From: Scyliorhinus canicula
Taxonomy: Eukaryota
NCBI RefSeq assembly: GCF_902713615.1
Contig: NC_052153.1
Span: forward strand, 46,081,382-46,145,381
DNA: 64,000 nt
Reading direction: 5' to 3'
Part shown: positions 12,600-23,149 of the stretch, in pieces
Numbering within the stretch: the first letter of the stretch is position 1
Layout of the letters: the number at the start of each line of letters is the position of its first letter
Translations under genes and position numbers: made by a program
Notes under the pieces: model-generated
Databases searched by the model: none
What the model saw: the letters and a program-made list of their open reading frames with translations, nothing else
What the model was told of the DNA's origin: nothing

Positions 12600-12900
12600 T
12601 TGGTAGTAACACGGTAGTACTCTTGCTTCCCAGCTCCAGGGTCCCAGGTTCGATTCCAGGCTTGAGTCACTGTCTGTGTGGAGTCTGCATGTTCTCCCTG
12701 TGTCTGCGAGGGTTCGCTCTGGGTGCCCCGGTTTCCTCCCACAAGTCCAGATAGACGTGTTGTTAGGTGTATTGGACATTCTGAATTTGCCCTCCTATGT
12801 ACCTGAACAGGTACTGGAGTGTGGCGACTAGGGGCTTTTCACAGTAACTTCATTGCAGTGTTAATGTAAGCCTACTTGTGACAATAAAGATTATTATTTT
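12600..12900 (+). mobile_element. HE1-head SINE with alternative tail
   Basis: HE1 head and V-domain joined to GTGGCGACTAGGGGCTTTTCACAG...(ATT)n tail. Confidence 0.85.
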
Positions 12901-14194
12901 CACACCGACCAACTGCAACCCCCATCTCGGAGGAGACTCCGGACCTTACCCCCCCCCCCCCCCCCCCCCCCAATTCCACAGCTGGCTAGCAGTTATTTTC
13001 CCCTTGTGCACCGTGGTACAAGGCAGAGAGCGGTAATGACCATCACCCTCTGTCTCTCAAGTCTTATGGCGCCTGGTTGGCATTTTAAAAAAGCAGCACT
13101 AAATTCATGCCCGCATAACATCATGCTGGGAAGAAGGTAGATGCAGTGAGGCTGGAACATCTGACTTAGCTCGCTAATGACATTCCAATCATGTCACCGC
13201 CCTTTCCCGTTGTTGCCCATTCTGGGCGTGAACCTGATTACCGTACCAGCTTACCCAAACAAGCGGCGGAATGTGGCGACTAGGGGCTTTTCACAGTAAC
13301 TTCAGACTTGTGACAATAAAAGTATATTATATTATTATATTATGCCGTCGGGGAGGGCCTGGGAAGATCACATTCAGAGTAATTTTTTTTTGTTTATTGT
13401 AATTTTTTTTTTTCTTTATGCTTCGAAAATAGGCGACAGTTTTAGATAGAGGATCTGGATCGGCGCAGGCTTGGAGGGCCGAAGGGCCTGTTCCTGTGTT
13501 GTAATTTTTTTTTCTTTTCTTTTTCTTTTCTAGTTCTCGCCATTGCAAATCCCATTTTTGGCCTCCAGCAAGAGTTAGCAATCATTAATCGATTTATGCT
13601 CACTGCAAACGGGCCCATAAAATCGCGGCCGGTACTTACATGTTTTGTCTCCTCTGCAGCTATGAAATTGTTCCTTTTTCCATCAAGTCTAGCTCATTAA
13701 TATATATCGCAATTGTGTTAGTCAAACATATTTTTCCTTTAATACGGTGCACTGACTTTAATTTATTAGCCCATGCTTTTCAGAATCTCTGTTAATTTGT
13801 TCCTAGGTTATTGTTGCGAAAAGTTTCCCACCACTAATGTTAGGCTGACTGGCCTGTAATTGTCAGGTTTAGCCTCCCCTATTTAATAAATGGGAATTAA
13901 CATTTGCACACCAGTTCTCTGGTATCATAGTCCACATCCAAGGAGATGGAATATTGTGACCAGAGCCTCCACTGATGTGTTATCTGTGTTGGTCGACTGC
14001 AAGTGGATGCAGTAAACCGAGAAACAGGCTTCCGACACAGGAGATGGTCCAACACTGTTTTATTGAACCTGTTGATTTCTGTACATAATCTGCTGTGGGT
14101 TGACATTCTACAGTAGTCCCCCATTATACCGCGCTCCGCAATACCGCGGTTCGCGATATACCGCGGGGGGGCTTATGGACCCCAACTGTCAGTT

Positions 14195-14606
14195 GTGTCA
14201 ATTTCAGCGGCCGGCTCACTTTGTTCCGGAGAAGGAAGCTGCTCTCACTGAAACAATCAGCCGGCCGCTGAAATTGACACTGCCGGCTGCTCTCTCCCTC
14301 CAATCCAACTTTTAAGTTTTAATGTTTCTGATTGGAGGGAGAGAGCAGCCGGCAGTGCCAATTTCAGCGGCCAGCTGATTGTTTCAGTGAGAGAGCAGCT
14401 TCCCTCTCCGGATCAAAGTGAGCCGGCCGCTGAAATTGACACTGCCCGCTGCTCTCTCCCTCCAATCAGAAACATTAAAACTTAAAAGTTGGATTGGAGG
14501 GAGAGAGCAGCCGGCAGTGTCAATTTCAGCGGCCGGCTCACTTTGATCCGGAGAGGGAAGCTGCTCTCTCACTGAAACAATCAGCTGGCCGCTGAAATTG
14601 ACACTG
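14195..14606. repeat. Alternating inverted array X-Y-X'-Y'-X
   Basis: GTGTCAATTTCAGCGGCC/GGCCGCTGAAATTGACAC and GCTGCTCTCTCCCTCCAATC/GATTGGAGGGAGAGAGCAGC arms recur with their loops in both orientations. Confidence 0.9.
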
Positions 14607-14607
14607 G

Positions 14608-14847
14608 CGAGGGGGGGCGGGTGTTGGGGGGGGGGGGAGAAGAGGAGGGGCGGGTGTTGGCGGGGGGGGAGAAGAGGGGGGGGCGGGTGTTGGCGGGGGG
14701 GGGAGAAGAGGGGGGGGCGGGTGTTGGCGGGGGGAGAAGAGGGGGGGGGCGGGTGTTGGCGGGGGGAGAAGAGGGGGGGGCGGGGTGTTGGGGGGGAGAA
14801 GAGGGGGGGCGGGTGTAGGGGGGGCGGGGTGTAGGGGGGCGGGTGTA
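14608..14847 (+). repeat. G-rich minisatellite, unit about GGCGGGTGTTGGCGGGGGGAGAAGAGGGGGG
   Basis: About 6-7 tandem copies running into the N gap; G-quadruplex-prone. Confidence 0.9.
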
Positions 14848-14848
14848 A

Positions 14849-14948
14849 NNNNNNNNNNNNNNNNNNNNNNNNNNNNNNNNNNNNNNNNNNNNNNNNNNNN
14901 NNNNNNNNNNNNNNNNNNNNNNNNNNNNNNNNNNNNNNNNNNNNNNNN
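14849..14948. other. Assembly gap (100 N) followed by a poly-C run
   Basis: N run in sequence. Confidence 1.
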
Positions 14949-14954
14949 CCCCCC

Positions 14955-15024
<70 letters not shown>

Positions 15025-15452
15025 ACAGGCCGTCACCCAACCCTTCAACGCCGAGGTCCCGGCGGCGCCGTTCTAACCTGCTCTGAGTTAGGGTTAGATC
15101 GGGACAGATCAGCGGGCCGGCCTCTCTGTCACCCGGCCTCCTTTATTCCGCGCCGGCCTCTGTATTCCTGCGCCATGTTGGGTCGGGGCCGGCGTGGACA
15201 TGGGAGACACGCATGCGCGAAAACCGCGCCGGTGGGACTGCGCCTGCGCGGGTTCGCGCCGGACCCACTGCGCATGGGCGCATCCTCCGGCGCCCATTCC
15301 ACGGCCGAGTCAGCAGCTGGAGCGGCGTGAACCGCTCCAGCGCTGTGTCGGGTCAGAATTGCTGATCCTGGGGCCTTGGTGGCGCCGTCGGGAAACGCGA
15401 TGGCGTTTCCAACAGAGTCAGCACTTCGCCTCAGGATCAGAGAATCCCGCCC
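15025..15452. mobile_element. GC-rich Harbinger-type MITE, right part
   Basis: Ends in GAGAATCCCGCCC (TIR GGGCGGGATTCTC); similar to 25942-26506. Confidence 0.7.
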
Positions 15453-16701
15453 GGTGTTTATATAGCACTTTTTCCTTAGACTCAAATCACAAAGCACCTG
15501 AGGATAGGTATTCAGCTGAGCTATTGTTTCAGCTCTATACGAATTCCAAGGATTGACAACAGGTAAGAACAGGGAGTTGATGCACTGTAAACTTGCCTCT
15601 CTGAATTCCAAGGAGGTCATTTCAAAATACCAGTTCAGATGCGTTACTTGCCATTTTGAAGCCTTGTGCATTGTCTCGGAGCCTGGGCATAGCAGATGTT
15701 AGATTTAGTACCCTAAGGTATGAGCTATATTTAGGTTCTTACTGCACTTGTTCTGCAAGCGATGGGGAATTTAGATGCAGCTAGGATTACATATTGCAGG
15801 GACAAGAAAGCTGCATCTTGCAATATGCCACCAGTGTATCAAGGGAGGTAAAGCAGCTTGATAGATGGGTTGGCAGATGGCAAGGTGGGTGGAAAAAAGG
15901 TGGATTCGGAACAGTGCAGCCTGCTTGCATATCCAATATCCCTGCCAAATTTCTGACATTAAGCTTTGATTTCAAACATTTATTTCCTGAATAAATAAGT
16001 AGAGAGAGGAAGCTCAAAAATCAAACAGGTTAAATAAAAAGAAAAGGTCACAGATCTTTTGTGCACAATTGTAGAGATGCAGGGGTTTGATTTACAATTG
16101 TGATGGTGTTAAATGCAGGCACAGTTTGGGATGTACCTTCCATTGTTTAATGGAGGGTAGCAGCACATTCGTTTTTTTTTTTCATTGATAGCTTGACTTC
16201 TGAGAAGCAGCCTGCCAGCGGGGCAGCACAAGAGAACAGATGACAAGGCAGTGCTTGGATTATGTTTTACTCCAGGTCACAGAGAGGAAGAGAACAGCCA
16301 ATCAGACCAGCTGATGGGAGACTTATTTCCCATTGCCATCTATCAGGTTTGCTCATTACGGTGCACCCGCCACACCTTGGTCAAGGCATCATCGAAACTT
16401 GTGTTGAGCTCTTTTTCCTCAGCGCGCATTCACCCTACCGCATCACTGGTCCCCTCCTTTCCTTAGCCGCTTGTGTAAGGCTGAATTTAAATGGAAGCCT
16501 TTAGAGAAAAGGCCCACCTAGAACTGTGAGAAGCATAGGGATGGCCAAACTACGGTAGGTATCTTGTATACACCATAGGTTTGAATGCTGTTAATCAAAG
16601 GTAAAAGCCTTTTGCATCTTTTGTTCCTGCTCATTCTGCTCTAAGTTTGAAATTTCAGGTACGGCTGCTCCACAGTGAGCTGAAAGGGTATAATTTGTAC
16701 T

Positions 16702-16884
16702 TCAATAGCCTGAAAATTGCTGCAGCTCATGTGCACTGACCCCTGCTCCCAAATCCCGATATATATATACATATAGTTGCACAAAGCTTTGTGCCAGACA
16801 CATGGAATCCTGCATTGTAACTCTTTGTGCTCCAGTATAGGGAATCCTGTAGAGGGAGACCAGCCAATTTTCCAGGTGATGACC
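16702..16884 (-). CDS. Candidate exon 3 of an unidentified minus-strand gene
   Basis: Strong acceptor CTACTTTTTTTTTCCAACCTCCTCCAAG; phase-0 frame GHHLENWLVSLYRIPYTGAQ...FSGY*, but all three frames are open here. Confidence 0.2.
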   Translation of the reverse strand, partial: GHHLENWLVSLYRIPYTGAQRVTMQDSMCLAQSFVQLYVYIYRDLGAGVSAHELQQFSGY

Positions 16885-17032
16885 CTTGGAGGAGGTTGGA
16901 AAAAAAAAAGTAGTTCACAGTTTTGGCATGTCGCTTAATATTTTAGTGCCAGGAGAATATTTGAACGAGAAATCAAGATTAACAGAGGATGTTCTTCTGT
17001 CATATAATATGACAGGAAACACCAGCTCGTCC

Positions 17033-17086
17033 AATAGACCTGTCTCATCTAATGGGCCTGTCTCATTTAATAGACCTGTCTCATCT
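17033..17086 (+). repeat. 18-bp tandem repeat x3 (AATAGACCTGTCTCATCT)
   Basis: Seen directly. Confidence 0.9.
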
Positions 17087-17529
17087 TTGTCCATTTTACG
17101 TTACAGAACTACAAAGTGCCATAGACTAGTTTATATATATTTAAGGCGTTATGTAAATGCTAGTTATTATTGTGACAATAGTTCTTATGAATTAAGTCGT
17201 CTTAACACCGGTAAAATACTACCAGGCTTATCCTGATTTTCAGATGGCGTTTTAACTCTTTATCATGCTGAAATGTCTATGGCACAGAATTTTCGGGACA
17301 TCCATTCCCTTTAAATGAAAATTCATTTCTATATTAATTGTTTTGAGAGGGAAAATGGTTTAAATTGGAATGTTCTCCTATGTTAAAATATTTAGACCTA
17401 TATTCTTTCTGCAGGTTTGCCAGTGTTTAATTGAGCAGAACTCTTAATAATAAAACCATTAATCAATAAATGAGACAAAAATGAGAGGGTGACAGCCCGT
17501 GGTCATGCGCTAACTAAAATAAAATGTCA

Positions 17530-18150
17530 AAAAGTAACTTAACCAATTAAATTAAAATGTAATTCCCAAGCGGAGTTGATGTAGCCCAGCCCCCGCAGTA
17601 TCCACCGATCTGGGAAGGCCTGAAGCATGCTGGTGGACACCGCGTGCTCCCTTTCCAAGGCCACCCGGCTGAGAATGTAGCCACGATAGAGGGACAGACA
17701 GCCAGGTTGGGTAACCCCCTCGACTGCCCGCTGACTGGACCTGTCAATGGCCAGGCTTACGGAGAGGTCTTCCTTCTTCCTCAGCCCCCTCGTCACCGGG
17801 TGACCAAAGATTAGGAGCGTGAGGTTGAAGGCAACCAAAGGTTGAGGAGTAGCCCCTTCAAAACATGAAGAAAGGGCTGCAATCTTGGAAAATCTATATA
17901 AATGCGGGACAGGGACTCCCCTTGGCTGCAGAAAAGACACACGGCCTGGGAGTCCTTAATCTACAACTGCATTGCACTGCTGCATGCAACACCTTCCATG
18001 CCAGGTCCCTAAAGGAGCTGTACTGTTATATTTGCACTGCATAACTCATGGTTAAAGGGTGTCGTATTTACGCAGCGCTTTGATTGTTGCCTGTGTTGTC
18101 TGTGCCGGCCTGGCATTGGCCTCTTGGCATTTCTGGGACTCTTGGAACGT
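17530..18150 (-). mobile_element. Tx1-clade LINE ORF2 3' fragment
   Basis: LLIFGHPV...RAVEGV...CLSLYRGYILSRVALEREHAVST typical of Tx1 C-terminus. Confidence 0.8.
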
Positions 18151-18650
18151 CAGCTAACCTGTTTGGGGCGAGCCATGATCCTGCGAAATTTGGATTCCCA
18201 ACTGTGGTTCGACATATTCCTGGAGCTGTTGTCACATGACCGACAACCACAAATCACCTTGGTGGGCTTAACAATCCTTGATTCTCATCTCCAATATTTT
18301 TATAACAAATAAAGCAGCCAAAGGAAATGGGGAAGGCACAATTATGTTAAACACCCCTGTGAATCTTCTGCTACGTTGCAGGTTGCTGTGCCCAAGAGAT
18401 TCATTCCTGGATATTCCCAAGGCCAATCCTACATGGTTGATCACCTTGAATGGCCGAATTGTCAGAGGTCTGTCAGCAGTCAGGTGCTTAAATGTTTCAG
18501 AGAATGGGGGAGGGAAGAGTCCGTGAACATTTAAACTGAGGTTGAGTAAGTTTGGAATGCACACGGACGTTTAACTAATAACCCAGATCATGTTGGTGTG
18601 AAACTAAGCAAGATGAGACCAGCAAGGCACTGTGTAGTCAGGTCAGGTAC

Positions 18651-18735
18651 CTCCCTCTGGGTGTACCCTGCAGTTTTGGCACCATGAATTAAAAATCGCT
18701 TCACACCAATACAAAATTGCTCCACCGGAACGTAG
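18651..18735 (-). CDS. Candidate internal exon 2 of an unidentified minus-strand gene
   Basis: CATTTTGTTCAG| acceptor, GAG|GTACCT donor; (S)YVPVEQFCIGVKRFLIHGAKTAGYTQRE is phase-compatible with 27190-27254. Confidence 0.28.
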
Positions 18736-20454
18736 CTGAACAAAATGATGTGTGACCTACATTCTGTTCTTTTCAATCTAATCCAAAATTCTGGAATTTC
18801 CACCACAGAAGGTAATTTGACCTAACGTGGCAGTGCCAGTATCAGCTCTTCATCTGTGGCTATAATAAACACAATTTGGTCACATTCAGTTAAGTATTGT
18901 CACTACTGCAGACCTAACTTTCAAAATACCCAAATTTAACTGGACTTTATAACTGGAGTAAAAACCCGCCTGTTCTTGGAAATGGAGCTAAAGGAAGTCC
19001 GGACATTTTAACTCCTAGACCTCATTTAAATGCTGCTGGCTGACTTCTCACTGATTGCTGGAATACCAGGAGAGACAGATTTTCATTCTATCACATTTTT
19101 CCAGTGACATACATGTGACCACCTGCGTTCAGTGAAGGCGTAAATTTGGCATTCAGACCATAGCTTTGTATATGTGCCAAAGAGAATGTATTCCTCTAGT
19201 TTTAGGATGGATTATCTGAAACCTTACCCACCTCCAGAGTGGGATATCAGAATATTACAGGCACGTTGCCCGGACTTTTCCAGTATGTAATGCTGGGCAC
19301 GTACTCAGAAAATTTAGTGTTGTAATAAAATCATTCTATATTTAGTCATCAAGTATGGCCTTAGCTTTTTACTGATTGCAAGGAGAAGGCTTCCCTGATT
19401 GTTATTGTGCAACAATTGTACAGTAGCTTCAGCCACCAAAACACAAGTTAATGTTAGATGTATTAAGTGGCTATTATTCAGTTCACCTCTGCCAACCATC
19501 CAAACTGCCCAAAGTTTGTCAGGTTGAATGATTTGTGACTGCTGTTTGAAAAAGGCACCCATCACGAGGCATTGGGGCAGTCATTCAGAAACTGACATAG
19601 TGTGTGGGGTCCTGTTCATCGCTATTTGGAGAAATATTTTCTCTGGACAGTACTGACTGACAGCCATGATTTGAGCAGCGAGGAGCTGAAAGAGATGTGT
19701 ACCCTTGACAGAGTATATGCAAAGTAAGTGTCACTATGGCTCTGTTGGTGGCATTCTTGCTTCGGAGTCCTGGGTGGTGGTTCAAGTTCTACTTTGAATT
19801 GAGGCACATAACCCCTTTTGAAACTTCAATGGTTGAGGGAGTTTCTGCCTTTCTGGATCTGGGTGCGAAGTGGGAAAGGCCAAATTCGAGATTTGCGCCG
19901 GGCACAAACTATTTTGCGATTCACCCAACCCAGTCCAGATGGCGAATGCCGGATCTTTCCCAAAAATAGCGAGAATATCATTAACTCTCATTTGCATTCA
20001 TTTCAATCTCATTAACAAGAATGCAGCGGTCTCCCAGGAATTACCTGACTCCCCAGCGAGAAATCACTGGGAATTTTGTAAAGGACTAATGAATGACGAT
20101 CAGGAGGCCTGGCCTAGAGTGCTGAAGCCAGTTTCAGCAATCTCGCTATCGTGGTTGAGATCAGCTAACACCACATACACCGAGTCCTTTTTGAATGGCT
20201 TGGAACTGTAATGAACAATACGAGGAGCCCCCTAACGTCAGAAATGTCATTTACAAAAACGTGAAGCTGGTGCAATGGCTACTGAGGGCAAGTGAAGAGG
20301 TGAGTAGTCATTTTCATTTATCAGCATGCAGCTCAAGGGCACTTGGCTGCTGCCCCAGCGCTCGGTGTGGGGGGTGTTAGGCTTGGCCAGGGGGCTGAAG
20401 CTTTCGAGGTCAAGGGTCGCCCCAGGGAGGGTGGGGGGTGAGGGGAGGGGCTTG

Positions 20455-21510
20455 GCTTATTCCTACAGCCTTTCTTAAATAGTGGGACCACATTCATGGT
20501 TCTCCAGTCCTCTAGTACCTCTCCTGTGGCCAGAGAAGAATTAAAATTTTGGATCAGGGCGTCTGCAATCTCCTCCCACACCTCCCAAAGCAACCTGGGA
20601 CACAATTCATCCAGGCCTGGAGGTTTCTCCACTTTTAAGCCTTCCAACCCCTCCAACACCTTGTCCCTCCTGAAGACAGCTGGCTCAATAACCTCAAAGT
20701 CTCTCTCCCCGAGTTCTGTATCTGCCTCCTCATTCTCTTGGGTGAAGACAGATGTGAAATATTCATTTAGGAGCAGCATGGTAGCACAGTGGTTCAGGTT
20801 CGATTCCCGGCTTGGGTCACTGTCTCTGCGGAGTCTGCCTGGGTTCCCTGCCACAGTCCAAAGATGTGTAGATTAGGTGGGCCGTGATAAATTGAATTCA
20901 GTGTCCAAAAGGGTTAAGTGGGGTTACTGGGTTATGTGGAAAGGGTGGAGGCCTGGGCTTGGGTGCTCTTTCCAAGAGCTGGTGTGGACTCGATGGGCTG
21001 AATGGCCTCCGTCTGCACTGTAAATTCTATGAAATATTGTATCTTGAATATCTGATCGTCCATGGTTTTCTGGGCTTGTTACTCCTTCCTATTACCCTAG
21101 CGGGGACATGTTGGGCCTGTACCCTCCCCATTTCCTCTTTGAACATCCCCCATTGCTCTTCTGTCGATCGCCCCACTAGTAACTTGTTCCAATCTACCTT
21201 GGCCAGATCCTGCCTTATTTTACTAAAGTCTGCTCTCCCCCAATCCAATTCTGCAATTTGTCTCTTTCCTTGTCCATAACACACTAAAATTACACCATGT
21301 TGTGGTCGCTATTGCTAAAATGTTCCCCCACCACCACATCAACCACCGGTCTGGCTTCATTCCCCAGAATTAGGTCCAGCACAGCACCGTCCCTTGTTGG
21401 ACCCTCCACATGTTGAGCTAAAAAGTTCTCTTGTATACATTTAACAAATTCTGCTCCACCGAAGCCCTTAACACAATGACTATCCCAGTTAATGTTGGGA
21501 AAGTTTTTTT
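20455..21510 (-). mobile_element. CR1 ORF2 fragment with nested HE1 SINE (about 20770-21035, +)
   Basis: LNEYFTSVFTQE...PGLDELCPRLLWE...WRTMNVVPLFKKG. Confidence 0.88.
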
Positions 21511-21599
21511 TTCCTCTTTTTGTCAGAAGTAGGCTTCAATGAAGTTACTGTGAAAAGCCCCTAGTCGCCACATTCCGGCGCCTGTCCGGGGAGGCTGAT

Positions 21600-22400
21600 A
21601 GGGGAATGTGGGGTCCACCACAGCAGGCAGCCTTTGCCAAAGTAAAAAAGCAACTTTCGTTCTCGCAGCTGCCCATCCACTTTGACCCCACAAAGCCACT
21701 GATACTTACCTGCAACACCTCGCCTTATGGCAGCGGAGGAGTCTTAGCCCACTGAGTGGAAGACGGCACAGAACAGTCCATCGCCTTCACTTCCCGGACT
21801 CTCGCTGCAGCCGAGCAAAATTCCGTTCAGATTGAGAAGGATGGTTTGACCGTGGTGTTTGCAGTGAAGAAATTCCATCAAAACATCCCTGGCCAGCTGA
21901 CGGAACAGCTGGAGTTCTTCAAGGAGGACAAGGCGATTCCCCCGTGTCGCGTCTGCACAAATTCAGTGATGGGCTTTTCTGCTAATGAACATTTATTCGA
22001 ACTTCGTCCCAAGATAAAATTCCTTCGTGCGGACGCTCTAAGCCAGCTGCCCCTGCCAACCAGGCCACTGATGCCCATTTGCACGTCAAAGTCACTGCGG
22101 CTTTACATTTTATGGATACATTGCCCATTACCGCATCCCAAAATCAGGACCCGGACCTAGACGGATCCCCAGTCAGCCCATGTCTGGGACATTATATTGT
22201 ATAGGGTTCAGCACTGCACTTTGCCTGACCACCTGAGAGCTTTCGCAACGAGTGTTGAGGAACTCAGCATAGAGGACAGGGTCCTCCTGTGGAAGACACA
22301 CCTCGTGGTCACGGCAAAAGGTCGCAGCCCCATTTTGAAGGATCTCTACAATGGCCATCCCGGGGTCTCAAAATGAAGATGCTGGCCTGCAGCTGTGTGT
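21600..22400 (+). mobile_element. Gypsy pol fragment (RNase H to integrase zinc finger)
   Basis: DGTEQSIAFTSRTLAAAEQN...IEKDGLTVVFAVKKFHQ, ADALSQLPLP. Confidence 0.85.
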
Positions 22401-22404
22401 GGTT

Positions 22405-23145
22405 GAGAAAACTGCAGCATGCTGCTGTGCAGAGGGACCTGGGTGTCCTTGTGCATGAATCGCAAACGTTGGTTTGCAGGTGCAGCGAGTAATTAAGAAG
22501 GCAAATGGAATTTTGTCCTTCATTGCTAGAGGGATGGAGTTTAAAAGCAGGGAAGTTATGTTGCAGCTGTACAGGGTACTGCTGAGACCACACCTGGAGC
22601 ACTGTACCGTTTTGGTCGTCTTACTTGAGAAAAGATGTACTGGTGCTGGAGGGGGTGCAGAGGAGATTCATTAAGGTTGATTCCGGAGTTGAGAGGATTA
22701 GCTTATGAGGAGAGACTGAGTAGATTGGGACTGTACTCAATGGAATTTAAAAGAATGAGGGGAGATCTTGTAGAAACATAAAATTGTGAAGGGAATATTT
22801 AAGATCGAAACAATGAGGTTGTTTCCACTGGTGGGTGAAACTAGAACTCGGGGGCATAGCCTCAAAATAAGGAGGAGCAGTTTTAGGACTGAGTTGAGGA
22901 GGAATATCTTCACCCAAAGAGTTGTAAACCTGTGGAATTCCTTGCCCAGTGAAGCAGTTGAGGCGACCTTGTTCAATGCTTTTAAGGTAAAGGAGTTTTC
23001 AACAATAAAGGAATAAAAGGTTACGGTGAGTGGGCAGGTAAGTGGAACTGAGTCCACAAAAGATCTGCCATGATCTAATTGAATGGCGGAGCAGGCTCGA
23101 GGGGCCAGATGGCCTAATTCTGTTCCTAGTTCTTATGTTCTTATG
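22405..23145 (+). mobile_element. CR1 LINE 3' end
   Basis: VIKKANGILSFIARG; RRNIFTQRVVNLWNSLP; (TTCTTATG) tail. Confidence 0.9.
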
Positions 23146-23149
23146 AATC

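Larger units (their letters stand above)
14111..14848 (+). mobile_element. Tigger/pogo-like non-autonomous DNA transposon (left end) with internal palindromic array and G-rich minisatellite
   Basis: TA|CAGTAGTCCCCCATTATACCGCG resembles a pogo/Tigger TIR after a TA target; right end not seen (gap). Confidence 0.6.

Noticed and set aside
13636-13700. Minus-strand exon with GTAAGT donor (LDGKRNNFIAAEETKH)
   Set aside because: Lies in a decayed CR1 RT fragment at a repeat junction
14195-14847. CRISPR-like array
   Set aside because: Eukaryotic context; the spacers are repeated or inverted copies, not unique
14384-15330. Long Gly/Pro-rich ORFs
   Set aside because: They are translations of the minisatellite, N gap and poly-C
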